Source: Naegleria gruberi
Lineage: Eukaryota
Assembly (NCBI GenBank): GCA_000004985.1
Contig: GG738858.1
Length of the DNA stretch: 64,000 nt
Direction: 5' to 3' (one strand)
In this document: positions 20,647 to 32,107 of the stretch, piece by piece
How positions within the stretch are numbered: position 1 is the first letter of the stretch
Layout: each line of letters opens with the position of its first letter
The notes under the pieces: model-generated
Seen by the model: the letters and a program-made list of their open reading frames with translations, nothing else
Told to the model about the DNA's origin: nothing
Databases searched by the model: none
Position numbers and translations under genes: made by a program

Positions 20647-20851
20647 TTACATACCTTACGAAATCTCACCTTAATTCACCTTAATAACAAATCTCACTCA
20701 ATTCTGGCTAATTTGTATTTATTCAAAGGTATTTATGTTTTTAAAAGCTCCATGAACTTGGCTGGAAATTCAATTAAATGTGGAAACTTCTCTATTTGTT
20801 TCAGATGTGCATTTTCGAAAATGCATCTTTTTTTTCAAATATGAATCACAA

Positions 20852-22060
20852 ATGGACAAAGTTGATGGAAACACAACCAAAAAAATGGATCCACAACTAA
20901 CGTTCAAGGCATACAGCAAGATTGAAAATCATCATCAGGAGAGTTTCGTTTCAAAGTTATTGGAAAAGGAAACTGAAGATTCGGATAAGAAATTGGAATG
21001 GGTTTGCTTGGAGAAAGTGCATGGTAGCAATTTCAGCTTTATTGTTGTTCCTAAAGAAGGATCACAAGATAAAGTTGAAGTATTGAAAGCAAATCGTACC
21101 AATGTTCTTACCATATTAAGTAATTTCTTTGTGGAAGCTCAAAAAGAAGTTTACGAAAGATATTACAAGAGTTGTGTTAAATTATTCGAAATTATTTCTC
21201 AAAATGCAGAAAAATTCAAACGAAAGACTATGGAAACTGAAAGTGAAATTACAAAAATTCACATATTTGGTGAATTATTTGGTGGATACTTTCCAAAATT
21301 GAAAAATGATCAAGATTCGAATGGTATTCGTAAAGCACACATTCAAAAAGGTGTTTACTATTGTCCACATTATGATTTTTACGTATTTGATGTGGCAGTG
21401 ACATTTGGCGACCAAGATACTTGGTTACTTTTCGATGAGGCAGATCCAATTCTTGAAGAAGCAGGATTTAGAGTTAGAGCTAAACCACTTTTTAGAGGTT
21501 CATTGAAGGAATGTTTGGATTTTGATGTGGAAATTAACACGATAATTCCACAAACTTTTTATTCTGACATTTTGACAGAAAATGATATTTTATTTAAGGA
21601 AAAGGAAAATATTTGTGAAGGAGTGGTGATTAAACCTGCTAATGGTACTGTATTTGTCGGATCGAGGGCAATTATTAAGAAGAAGAATTCAAAATTTACT
21701 GAAGTCAATCCTGCCAAAGATAAATCTAAACGAATGAAGAAACAGGAAAAATCTGTGGATCAAGACGAACAAGAAATGATTTCTAATGTGTGGAATGAAA
21801 TTGAGCGATATTTGAATAATAATCGTCTTGATAATGTCGTTTCCAAAGTTGGAAATATTACTAGAGAAAATCTTTCACTTGTTTTGAAGAATTTTGTGAA
21901 CGATGCCATTGAGGATTATGATAAAGATCAACAAGAATTGGGAGAAGAAGGAGCTACCCTATCATCCCTTCCAGTCAACATTCAAAAATCAATCAAGAAG
22001 AAATTGGGATCCACCTGTCAAGCAATTCTTCTAAAATACATGAACGAAAACAAACAATAA
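20852..22060 (+). CDS. Rnl2-family (T4 Rnl2 / kinetoplastid REL-like) RNA ligase with a C-terminal extension
   Basis: First ATG at 20852 (MDKVDGNTTKK...). WVCLEKVHGSNFSF matches nucleotidyltransferase motif I (K-x-H/D-G) of the Rnl2 family (KIHGTN). HIFGELFGGYFP matches the Rnl2 motif III/IV region. YVFDVAV and a K-rich tail follow. The listed ORF start 20780 is GTG. Confidence 0.55.
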   Translation: MDKVDGNTTKKMDPQLTFKAYSKIENHHQESFVSKLLEKETEDSDKKLEWVCLEKVHGSNFSFIVVPKEGSQDKVEVLKANRTNVLTILSNFFVEAQKEVYERYYKSCVKLFEIISQNAEKFKRKTMETESEITKIHIFGELFGGYFPKLKNDQDSNGIRKAHIQKGVYYCPHYDFYVFDVAVTFGDQDTWLLFDEADPILEEAGFRVRAKPLFRGSLKECLDFDVEINTIIPQTFYSDILTENDILFKEKENICEGVVIKPANGTVFVGSRAIIKKKNSKFTEVNPAKDKSKRMKKQEKSVDQDEQEMISNVWNEIERYLNNNRLDNVVSKVGNITRENLSLVLKNFVNDAIEDYDKDQQELGEEGATLSSLPVNIQKSIKKKLGSTCQAILLKYMNENKQ

Positions 22061-22308
22061 ACCCAGATTCTAACACTCTTACCTTAATAAATTCCCATCT
22101 TTAAATCAGTTAATGTACTTCACTTGCATGAAGATGATCTTTTTGAGAGAGAGATTTAAAAAGTTCATCAAAACTCAATCTCTGAAATTTTATTTCATCG
22201 TAATGAACCAGAAAAAAATATTATTTTTTTAATCATCAAAAAAAAACCTTAATAACAAACTCTGTCGGGAACAGATAGCAATTATCATTATTATTGTTAT
22301 CAATCAAT

Positions 22309-23649
22309 ATGAAGGAAATAATAACAATTCATGTCGGAGGGGCCGGATGTCAAATAGGCGATCAGTTGTGGGAGTTATATTGTAAGGAACACGGTATACA
22401 ACGTGCTGCAGATCATCATACCAATAATACAACCTCCATGATGGAATCATCAGCTGCCTTTTCATCAGCAGAGAGTTTGTTCTATGAAACGAGTCATACA
22501 GAAAAGCAACAATATGTTCCATTGGCTATCTTTTTCGATAACGACTCATCAAGAGTGCACGAATCGAGGAAGAGATTTGGTAACTTAATGTCCTCAGACA
22601 ATATGATTGGAGGTAAGGAAGATGCTGCCAATAATTTTGTGAGAGGATGCTACACGATTGGAAAGGAGAATATGGATACAGTCTTGGAGAGGATTAGAAT
22701 ATTGAGTGAGAAGTGTGATAGTTTGCAGGGAATTAATGTTGTGAACTCGTTGGGAGGAGGAACAGGCTCTGGATCAGGAACATTATTGCTTGATAGAATG
22801 AGTATAGACTTTGCAAAGGTTCCAATTCATTTGAATACTGTTGCACCATCTCCAAAATTGTATGATACAGTTGTGGAACCATATAATTTTTGTTGGGCTA
22901 TGGAACCAATGTGTGAAAAGGGATGCACAGCAACTTTTTATGATAATGAGGCCTTGTACAATGTTTGTGGAAATCATTTGGGAATTAATGATCCGAAATT
23001 AGCTGATATTAATCAAATTATTGCACACCACATTTCCACAAGCTTTTCCAGTTGTAGAATTGGATCTAATTGTGCAATGCCTGTTTCATTTGGAGATGTA
23101 AATCAGACACTTGTTCCAATTCCAAACTTTGAATTACTTACCCCTTCATTTGTACCATTTGGTTCTGCTCAGAACGAGTTGAGTATGGCAGAGAGGGGCA
23201 AACTTGCATTTAGTCCTTCCAACACTTTGATTTCTTACAACATCTTGGAAGGAAAAATGCTGAGCTCACTGTTAAGTTATAGAGGAAATGTAACTATGGG
23301 AGATAACTTTGAATGTTTGAGTGCTGTCAAAAAGATGGAGGGTATTTCTATGGGCCCTTCTTGGATTCCAAATACTTTCAGTTGCCACATCTCCAAAGCT
23401 CCAACAACTCTTTTGGATGATTCAGTTCTTGGGGTTGTGCCAAGTGAAAAGATGCTTGCAGTAACAACCAACACAACTGCCATCACCAAAAAATTGAATC
23501 AAATTATGGTAAACTTTGATAAAATGTATGAAAAGAGAGCATTTGTTCATTGGTATGTTGGAGAGGGCATAGAAGATGAATATTTTAGATATGGAAGATC
23601 TATACTCGAAGAAAAGGTTGCCACCTATGGAGAGTTGATTTCACAATAA
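22309..23649 (+). CDS. highly divergent alpha-tubulin-like protein
   Basis: First ATG at 22309. [30 protein letters not shown] corresponds to the alpha-tubulin N-terminus (MREVISIHVGQAGIQ..WELYCLEHGI). It carries the tubulin signature GGGTGSG and a C-terminus [27 protein letters not shown] (compare alpha [24 protein letters not shown]). The middle region is very diverged, with insertions. Confidence 0.7.
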   Translation: [446 protein letters not shown]

Positions 23650-23656
23650 ATTTCTC

Positions 23657-25363
23657 TTACTGTACAATTATTTCAATATCTGATAAGCAGTTCTCATTAG
23701 CACTCATAAAGTATAATCTGTTAAAGAAATCAAATGATCCACATTTTGGTCTCATCCATATCTTTCCAAAATCCAAAAAGTCAATTGTGGCAATGTTCAA
23801 ACTTCCATTAATCATAAAATCACAAATCAATTTTCTACTGTTACTGTTAAAGGTGATCTTGCCATAAAATAATCCATTTTGATTTTCCTTATTATGAGAA
23901 GGTGTTACAACATATTCAGACATTCCATTGTTGGTCATGTTATCAAAATTAAGGATTGGAATCTTTCTCTCATTTGTGATAAAATAGTTCAGTAGCAAGT
24001 GTTTCAATTGGTGGGTGGTCTCTGTGGAACAGATTTGATTTCTGTGAAACTTAAAATCTCCAAATCCAAACATTAATGGGAATTTTCTTTCTCCACTTTC
24101 ATTCTTTGATGGCTTGAATATTGACTTGTATGCTCCTTCTTTGTTTCTCTTGAAAGTAAATAATCCAGGTGGACACCAACCAAAGCACTTTCCCACACCC
24201 TTATAGCTTAATTTGGCAGAGCTTCCCTTGGTATAGATTAGATATCCTCTCAAGTTATTGGCCAAGCAATTGTATCCAGATATGAATTCTGATAGAGAAA
24301 GGCTTGTTGCACTATTCTTTTCATCACTATATATTATCTGACAAGCATCAATGTAAGAAATATTATCAATTTCTACTGTTACGAATGGTTTCTTCTTCTT
24401 TACAGTAAAATAATTGTATTGAATATGTTGCAACTGAATGGTAGAGTGATTTAGTTGGATGGAAAATCCACCAGGTCTGAAATCCAATTGAGCAGTCCCA
24501 TGATACAGACAATTATCCTCCATTTGTAGATAATTATTAAATTTTAGAGAGTAATCTTGTTTTTCCTTTCTTCCAAAATACTTTTCAATTTTGGATAAAT
24601 CCAAGCTTGAATTTCTAAATTTTCCATAATAATTCGACATGAAATCATTAAAGTCTTTCAAGGGATTATCACTCGAAAGGTTGTAAACTCTTGTCTGATT
24701 TACAAAGATTACAAATTTCTTGCAAGTCCAAATTGCTTTTGCACTCACTCCACATTCATTATCAGCTCCGTAATAAATTTTCCCTTTCATCTCCACTTGA
24801 AAATCAACAATATCTGACTGTTTGCAATAATCAATTTTAAATACAATGCTAGAAAACTCAAAATTCACATCGTGTAATTGAATGTCATATAATTTACAAT
24901 TCATACAGAGGAGATATTTAGTGTTCGCTGTGATTTCAATGCATGAATCGTACTTTTCCGACCAAATATCTGTTTTACATTCGATACTTTCAAATTCCAC
25001 ACTATTCCTATCAAAATCGAATATTTCTCCATCTAGAAAATTGGCAAATTGTTTAATGTAAGGAGAAACCTGAGAATGTTCAGCCATAATTTCTATCAGT
25101 TTGTCCAAGCTTGAGTTGATATCCGAATTGTGAATTTCTTGTGAAAATAAAGAACACAATTTCTTCTTAATCCGAGCTCTTTTACTCTTGTTTCCAATAT
25201 TTTTACTTGTTACAAATTCAACAATTTGTTTTTGGTAAGTAACAAAGTCCAATTCCAGTAGTGGTGTTGATAATGCGGTGTTGTCCTGATCTGCATCTGC
25301 CAGCAAAATATTATTCGAATCTGTTCGGCGAAGCCATGTAGGCCTCAGCACGTTTGGACACAT
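23657..25363 (-). CDS. hypothetical protein (568 aa, no recognised domain)
   Basis: Long uninterrupted ORF with an ATG start and protein-like composition. No motif I can assign. Confidence 0.4.
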   Translation of the reverse strand: MCPNVLRPTWLRRTDSNNILLADADQDNTALSTPLLELDFVTYQKQIVEFVTSKNIGNKSKRARIKKKLCSLFSQEIHNSDINSSLDKLIEIMAEHSQVSPYIKQFANFLDGEIFDFDRNSVEFESIECKTDIWSEKYDSCIEITANTKYLLCMNCKLYDIQLHDVNFEFSSIVFKIDYCKQSDIVDFQVEMKGKIYYGADNECGVSAKAIWTCKKFVIFVNQTRVYNLSSDNPLKDFNDFMSNYYGKFRNSSLDLSKIEKYFGRKEKQDYSLKFNNYLQMEDNCLYHGTAQLDFRPGGFSIQLNHSTIQLQHIQYNYFTVKKKKPFVTVEIDNISYIDACQIIYSDEKNSATSLSLSEFISGYNCLANNLRGYLIYTKGSSAKLSYKGVGKCFGWCPPGLFTFKRNKEGAYKSIFKPSKNESGERKFPLMFGFGDFKFHRNQICSTETTHQLKHLLLNYFITNERKIPILNFDNMTNNGMSEYVVTPSHNKENQNGLFYGKITFNSNSRKLICDFMINGSLNIATIDFLDFGKIWMRPKCGSFDFFNRLYFMSANENCLSDIEIIVQ

Positions 25364-25737
25364 TTTTTTCGAATGGTGTTAACTTGCCGAGGATTCAAAA
25401 AGGTTGATTAAAAAGGAAACATGGTACATTCTTGTTTTTCTAAAGTCAAATGTCGTTGTAAACTAAAATTTTTAAACTGTAGTATTTATGTTACAATTTT
25501 CCAATGTCAATACAGTATAATGCAATAAAACATCAAGGTCCCAAAATAGAGTTATATTGTATGCTGAAAACTTCAAAAGATTTCAAAACTCAAACTTCAT
25601 TCTAAATGAAATCTTTCAATAAACATCCAAATTCAAATACAAAAAAATGAATGGTGTTGCTATTACGTAAGTTTTCTCTTTGATCTACTGATATGAAATC
25701 TACTATTATCAAAACAATAGAGGATCTGTCGCCTCAA

Positions 25738-26336
25738 TGAGCACAATGATGCTCTATACTGGAGGAATGGCAACTTGGGGATGTAAGTATTTGCTCTCCT
25801 CCAATTAAATTAAATCCATTCTAATAGTTTTGGTTTGGTCCGAGTTCAGTACTACCAAGGTCGATAAAGATTCCCTCCTCTGTCAGGGAAGTACAATCCT
25901 CAATCTACTTCTCTCCTTCAATATCATTCTAGTTGTTCAGTGTGTTCTAGTCATCCTAGCTCTCCTCTCATCAGCTCTCTTCTCCTATAAGAAAGATTCC
26001 AAAGCTTTGGTCATTATGAGCTATTTCTTCTCGAGACTTTCCACTTGTTTCGTCGTCCTGTGCTATAAGGCCATGTTAGGTCTTAACATTGCCATCACAG
26101 TTCTTCTCTACTCTAAGAGTTGCAACATGAGTGCTCCTAAAATGTTGGCCAAATTGGAGCCTTTCATCATTACTCAATTCGTTCTTCTACCATTCAGTTT
26201 GTGTTGTATTGGATGTTGTGTTGCTTGCAATGGACTTGTTGGTGCTCTGAAGGAGAATGAATATTACAAGTCGAGCAAGAATAAGGATGAAGAAATGATT
26301 CAAACCAAACTTCTTGAATATTCCGATGGTCAATAA
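25738..26336 (+). CDS. small multi-pass membrane protein (2 exons, tentative)
   Basis: Candidate exon 1 is ATG 25738..25783 (MSTMMLYTGGMATWG) with donor gtaagt. The acceptor is ctaatag at about 25828 and is in frame with ORF 25830..26336. The product has 3-4 hydrophobic helices and a CCIGCCVACNG Cys cluster. Confidence 0.3.
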
Positions 26337-26727
26337 GGATTAAAAATCGAATCCATGGATCATTATTGAGTGTGTTTTCCTTTTGAGTGATATTAAATAG
26401 TAAATACTTTAAAAAACCTTATTTAATTTCATACTTCAACATTATCATCTTATCGCCTTTTTAAATTCTCCCCTAATCATTTTTTTATTCTTTACAATTT
26501 TCCAATGGAAGAAAAGAGTGAATTATTAATAGCCTTTGGTGTTTCTTAGCAATACTCCTTAAGAATCAAGTCTTTGAGGGTGTATTTGAGGAGGCGAAAT
26601 AACCCATCCATTTATGCGTCCTGTTTACGTTCTCTCGTTTTTTTCTAGTTGAAATCCTATTAAAAGAGCGGATTTCCTTACCTTGAAATTCTCAAAAAAA
26701 AAGAATCACAACAATAATCATACAAAC

Positions 26728-27132
26728 ATGTCCTTGAAGAATACCATTCAACAACTTGTCTCATCCAACAAGGTTACAATCTTCTCCAAGACTTATTGTC
26801 CATACTGTACAAATGGTAAGTTTTTTGAAAGATCGGAATGATTAATATTAACTTGGATTAATTGGATTAATATAATAATAATATTATTATTAATATTGTT
26901 GGATTGGAATATTCAAATAGCCAAGAAGCTCTTTGCTGAATTAGGAGTTGATTATAAAGCAATTGAATTGGACACAATGAAGGAAGGAACTGAATATCAA
27001 AATACTCTCAAGGAAATGACTAATCAATCAACTGTTCCATCTGTGTGGGTTAATGGTGAATTCATTGGAGGATTCAGTGATACATCAAAGCTCCACCAAC
27101 AAGGAAAGCTCGTTTCCAAGCTCGGATTGTAA
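26728..27132 (+). CDS. glutaredoxin (2 exons: 26728..26815, 26921..27132)
   Basis: Exon 1 is MSLKNTIQQLVSSNKVTIFSKTYCPYCTN, carrying the CPYC active site. The donor G|gtaag is at 26816 and the acceptor aatag|CC at 26920. Exon 2 reads AKKLFAELGVDYKAIELD...TVPSVWVNGEFIGGFSDT, with the conserved TVP and GG glutaredoxin motifs. Confidence 0.75.
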
Positions 27133-27213
27133 ATAAAAGTTTAATTTATTTAAATAAAAATCATAGAACTATTTTGAATTGTTACAAAATTAATTTACAA
27201 AATTGTTTTTTGG

Positions 27214-27825
27214 TTACCAATAGGATTCATGAACAGCAGCTGCTTCTTCTTCCATAATTGGACCAATTAGTGGAATGTTCAAACCTTCGGAACGTTCCTC
27301 GAATATTTCTCTACAGGCAATAGTCAAACTACCACTATTCTTCAAATTATTTCCATCTTGCTTTCTTCTGACAATTTCACGAAGTCTACTTGCAGGACAA
27401 GCATAAACAACCTTTCCAATTCCAACCCAGAAAATGGCACCTGCACACATAATGCAAGGTTCAGTTGAGGTGTACATTGTGCAATTAGTGAGATAGTCAC
27501 GAGGGTATTTCTTTGATGCCATACTAGACAAGTTCAATTCAGCATGTCTTGTACGATCATTTTCAGTGTGGACTGTATTGTGAGCTTCAAGAATAATTTC
27601 ATTAGTATCATTATCAATCAAGAGAGCACCAAAAGGATGATTACCGTGATCATTACAAGATTCCTTTGACAAATCAATTGCTCTCTTCATCAATTTTTCA
27701 TGCAAATGCTTTTGTTCATCAGATTGTTGTGAAGAACAACCTGAACAACAACGAATAGTGGTGACCAATTCTTGTGGAGTTGTTTCTGTTGTTGTTGATG
27801 TAGTTATGGTTTGTGTTGTAGACAT
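27214..27825 (-). CDS. CMP/dCMP-type zinc deaminase (TadA/ADAT2- or guanine-deaminase-like) with an S/T-rich N-terminal extension
   Basis: KRAIDLSKES...HPFGALLID, then H-A-E (RHAELNLS), then TEPCIMCAGAIFW (PCxxC). Together these form the CDA-fold zinc-binding signature. Confidence 0.65.
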   Translation of the reverse strand: MSTTQTITTSTTTETTPQELVTTIRCCSGCSSQQSDEQKHLHEKLMKRAIDLSKESCNDHGNHPFGALLIDNDTNEIILEAHNTVHTENDRTRHAELNLSSMASKKYPRDYLTNCTMYTSTEPCIMCAGAIFWVGIGKVVYACPASRLREIVRRKQDGNNLKNSGSLTIACREIFEERSEGLNIPLIGPIMEEEAAAVHESYW

Positions 27826-28395
27826 TTTTTTGGATACTCCTCACTAATTCATGAACTGGAAAGGTGTACTCCCGATAATCGTCAAGATAACAAGAAGATT
27901 CTCTATTCATAACAACCAATTTGGCTATGAAGATAGAAAGTGGTTTCTCCTTGGTTTGGTATCAAAATAAAGTCTCATGCTGATAATACCAATATTAAGT
28001 CTACCAAAATCTTTAAATTTTAAATAGAATATTTTTGGTTCCTTTGGTTGTTGAAATTCTGATTGAAAATGTTTTCTTGTCTTTTCTTCTTGTTAGATTG
28101 TTGTTAGAAAGCAAGTCACCATCCAATCAGCGAGGAAAACATTTGATGTAAAATTTCCAAGTTGGTATTTTGATAATTTTTTTAAAAATAAATTTGATGA
28201 TTTTTTAAATTTAAAAAAAATAGCAAACACCTAGATTGAGTGCGGACGAGTTTTTATTCTTCAAAGATACGGAATCGTCCACTACTGATTGTCATCATCT
28301 TTGGATACTTAGTATACTAGTCAAACTCGAGTAGTAAATAGTTTTTCCTAAACAAGTGAGGAGGATTTGGATATTCTAATATTTAAATCCGTTTA

Positions 28396-29991
28396 ATGTG
28401 TTGTTTTGGTTGTGTATTTTCCAATTTTTTCAGAGAAGTAATGGGAGTAAGAGAATTTACGATCCGTCTGTTTAAGAGCGAAGATCGTTCGAAAACATAC
28501 AAACCACTGATTGATATCCTTCCGTGGTGGGCTGTTTTAGTCCTTTTTATTATTGCAACAGTATTATTTGGTATTGCTATCATTGTGGGTGTCTTTGCAG
28601 GCCCAGTCGTATTGGATTCACACTATGTGGAAATGGATACAAGAAAGAACACAACAACAAGTTCACGTGGATCTATTGATTTTGTGCCAAGAACATCATC
28701 ACATTTGAGATATGCTCAATATACTTTGGATGGAGATCATGATGATCTCAAGCCACTTTTCTATGGTCAAGAACAAGTCTTGGCTACAGCACCAACAACA
28801 TTTAGTGCCATTAATCAAGAGATTAATTTTCTCTGTTATTTGAAATCTAATACTTCAACATTTTCTGTGGAATCTGAAAAGGCCTTTGGTTTCCAAAAGT
28901 CTAACCTCCAGTTCTTCTTGCAACTTTTTGGTAAGGATGAAGCTGATGGTGATTGGGAGCTTATTGTGAATGGTACCTATTCCAGACCATTGGTTTGTAC
29001 TTCCACTAGTGAACTCTGTGATCCAATTACACTATTCTATGAATCACATATTAGACATCCATACTATCGTATTGGTGTGAGCTTCCTCAACTCTCGTGAA
29101 TTATATGATAATACTCTTATTGATCCACATTTCGTCAAGATGGAATTTGAAAGCTACAATGCTGCTTATTCAAATTGGGAATTGGGCTGGAGATATAGTA
29201 TAATCTTTATCACTGCTCCACTCTGTATTGCTTTCATTATTGCCAATATTATTAGAAGTCACTTTGTAAATTGGGCTACTGAACAAAAGTGGATTGGATT
29301 GTTGCTCATTTTCCTTGTACTTTACAATAATCCTATTTTTGCATTGATTTTCACAGCAGGTAACTGGGCTTTCTCCTTTATTAATATTGTATTTATTATT
29401 AGTTTCGTTTGCTTTTTAATGTTTGTGGTGCTGGTTTTCACTGATTCTCTTGTCATTCCACAAAAAGATAGATCATTCCTGTGGTTCTACATCCCAAAGA
29501 TTGTATTGGTTGGCATTCTCTTTGTATTTGTCATTACTACCTTTACCTACGTCAGACTTCAAGAACAAGAAGATCCAGGTTACAATTTGGGAATTGTTCA
29601 AGGACTTTCCTCATATCAAACATTGGGCATTATTGTTGTATTGATTATGCTTGTCTACATCTTTGTTCTTATTTATTATTTGATGAGAGTTATTGAAAAG
29701 CACAGAATGAACTTGTTACCAAAGAGAAATGCTTGGCGTAGTAAGGTTATTTGGTTCTTGACCATTACAATGGTTATTGGTACTATTGTGGAAATCTTCC
29801 TCTACGTTTTCAGTAAGGATTGGAATAGCTCTGCTCAATTCTTGTCCTACTTTATGTTCTACAGTTTGTACGTTTGGCTCATTACCATTCTCTATTGGCC
29901 AAGCTTTACTGCCGTTCAACAAGAAGAATTCGACGAAGAAAATAACACCCAAGCCAAAGAAGATGATTACTTTGATGAAATGGATGAATAA
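28396..29991 (+). CDS. multi-pass membrane protein with Wntless/TMEM181-like topology (N-terminal TM, ~200-aa luminal domain, 7 C-terminal TMs)
   Basis: The topology is read from hydrophobic segments. The assignment to the Wntless/TMEM181 family rests on architecture only, with weak sequence support. An alternative start is ATG 28441 (MGVREF...), preceded by ttttttcag. Confidence 0.3.
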   Translation: MCCFGCVFSNFFREVMGVREFTIRLFKSEDRSKTYKPLIDILPWWAVLVLFIIATVLFGIAIIVGVFAGPVVLDSHYVEMDTRKNTTTSSRGSIDFVPRTSSHLRYAQYTLDGDHDDLKPLFYGQEQVLATAPTTFSAINQEINFLCYLKSNTSTFSVESEKAFGFQKSNLQFFLQLFGKDEADGDWELIVNGTYSRPLVCTSTSELCDPITLFYESHIRHPYYRIGVSFLNSRELYDNTLIDPHFVKMEFESYNAAYSNWELGWRYSIIFITAPLCIAFIIANIIRSHFVNWATEQKWIGLLLIFLVLYNNPIFALIFTAGNWAFSFINIVFIISFVCFLMFVVLVFTDSLVIPQKDRSFLWFYIPKIVLVGILFVFVITTFTYVRLQEQEDPGYNLGIVQGLSSYQTLGIIVVLIMLVYIFVLIYYLMRVIEKHRMNLLPKRNAWRSKVIWFLTITMVIGTIVEIFLYVFSKDWNSSAQFLSYFMFYSLYVWLITILYWPSFTAVQQEEFDEENNTQAKEDDYFDEMDE

Positions 29992-30564
29992 ATTCATCAT
30001 CATGATTTTTCACACAACAAGAATGATTCAAATTTTCACACTCAATCTTTCCATTAGTTATAAAGTTACTGAAATATCGAGGAGAATAAAGAAAACTATT
30101 GATTGTAAACAGCATTCCTGATCCATCACCATTCCAAGCCATTCTATAACAACATGTTTGGAAAATTCACCAAACAAGAGCTCTGTTTTCGCTTTTCATA
30201 TTTCCCGCCAAATTAATAACGGAGAATTTTAAAAAGAAAAAAACAAACAAATTCTTCGCTCATTTTGGCTTTCGAGTAATAAGAAAAAACTCAACAACAA
30301 TAATTCACCACAACTCCAGAAGAATATATTATAGCATTGCATTTGCAAATCATTGTAACAACATTAGAGCCTTTTTTCTCTTTTCCGTTTCAGCAACTTT
30401 ACAATTTTAATTAATTAATTATAATAATTTTTATATTAGAGGCCAAAACTTCATCATTAATGAGTGAAAATATCAACGTATCATCATTAATTAACGAGTA
30501 TAATTATACACAACAAGATTTGAATTATTATAGACATCAATAGAAAAAGTTTTTCATCATCATC

Positions 30565-31744
30565 ATGGAATCGACAACAACAGGACAACAAACAACAGAA
30601 TTCAACATTAATAATACAACAAGTGTTAGTGAGGATGTTGATAATGTTAAGAAGGCTTCGTTTATGGAAATTATGAAACAATTTTCAAAGGAATGCTTTG
30701 CTGGAAGTATTGCTGGTTCTTCGGGACTTATTGTTGGCCATCCATTGGGTATGTTGCAATTAATAATTAATTGAGAGAAATTAATTTAATTTGTTTACTT
30801 TTTCACAAATTAATGGAATTGTGTTCAAATTATGTGATTTTGAAAATAATATAGACACTATTAGAGTGAGAGCTCAAACTAGTACTAGCAGTAGAGGAGC
30901 AATGTATTTATTCAGAGAAGCTCTTGCAAAGGAAGGACCTCGTTCACTTTTTAAAGGATTACTCTCACCACTCATTGGAGAATCAATTAATAATTGCATT
31001 CTCTTTGGTGTCTACAATGGCTTGCTTCCATTCCTCTTTAGAACTGCTCTTGGAAACCAAACAGTTGAAGAAGAGACTGAAATGAGAAGAAATTCAATTC
31101 CACTCCAATTCGTCAGTGGGTCCCTTGCAGGTGCATGCATTGCTTTTGTTGTGTGCCCAACCGAGCTCATTAAAATTAGACTTCAAACCTCAACAGATCC
31201 AATCAAGACAAGAGCTACTGACGGAGTTGCTGGAAGAAGAGGATTTAAGGATTGTGCCAAATATATTTGGAAGAATGAAGGAGGATTGAGAGGAATCTAC
31301 CATGGTTTATCTGCAACCATGATGAGAGAATTAACATTTAATGGAATTTACTTTGCCACCTACGAACAAGGTAAAACTAGATTATCTAAATATTTTGCTT
31401 CAAGACAACTTGGAGAAAATGCTTCTGAAAAGGAAGTGAATCAATTGACTGAGGAACTTCGTTCTAACTGGAAAGTTGTCATGACCAGTGGTGGTATGGC
31501 TGGTTTAGCAGCTTGGGGATTTACCTATCAAACAGATGTCATTAAGAGTGTAGTTCAAGCAAGATCTCCTGTTCTTGCTAGAAATGGAACTTACAATGTC
31601 AAGATTGCAGATGTTTTTGCAGAATGCAGACAATCCAAATCTCTCTTCAAAGGTATTGGACCAACACTGGTGAGAGCTGTTCCTGTAAATGCCACAACCT
31701 TCATGGTTTATGAATTAATAAGTGGATTCCTGAACAGAGAATAA
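30565..31744 (+). CDS. mitochondrial carrier family protein (2 exons: 30565..30748, 30855..31744)
   Basis: Exon 1 ends ...GLIVGHPLG with donor gtatgt at 30749. The acceptor aatatag|AC at 30854 restores PLDTIRVRAQ, the mitochondrial-carrier signature P-x-D/E-x-x-K/R-x-R. Three carrier repeats follow, including PTELIKIRLQ and QTDVIKSVVQ. Confidence 0.75.
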
Positions 31745-32107
31745 TTTAATTGCATTAAAAACAACTCGAGAGAAACACAATTTTCAAATAATACCGAATT
31801 TATTTGCTAATAAAATCCAAGAATTGAGAAATAATTAGGTGCTGCACTTAGTGAGGAAACCTCCTCAATTGAAAGATGGAAAACTGGAATGGATTATCAA
31901 CAATAATAACACAGTCGCAGTGTTACTAGTAATTTGATAATAGAAAGTGGTGGTAGTAGAAGATGGGAAAGGAACTATGTACAAAGGGAAAAAGTGATTG
32001 TTATAGATCTCTCTTGTCAGTGAATTGACCAAATCATGTATTGAAGAACATTGGTCAATTCTCTTTTAAAGATGAAAAATGCAACCAATCAACTAATTAC
32101 AACAAAA

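Noticed and set aside
20780-20851. ORF-track start at 20780 for the RNA ligase
   Set aside because: Codon 20780 is GTG. The first ATG (20852) is followed immediately by conserved sequence, and the upstream stretch is phenylalanine-rich and overlaps a T-run, which is likely 5' UTR.
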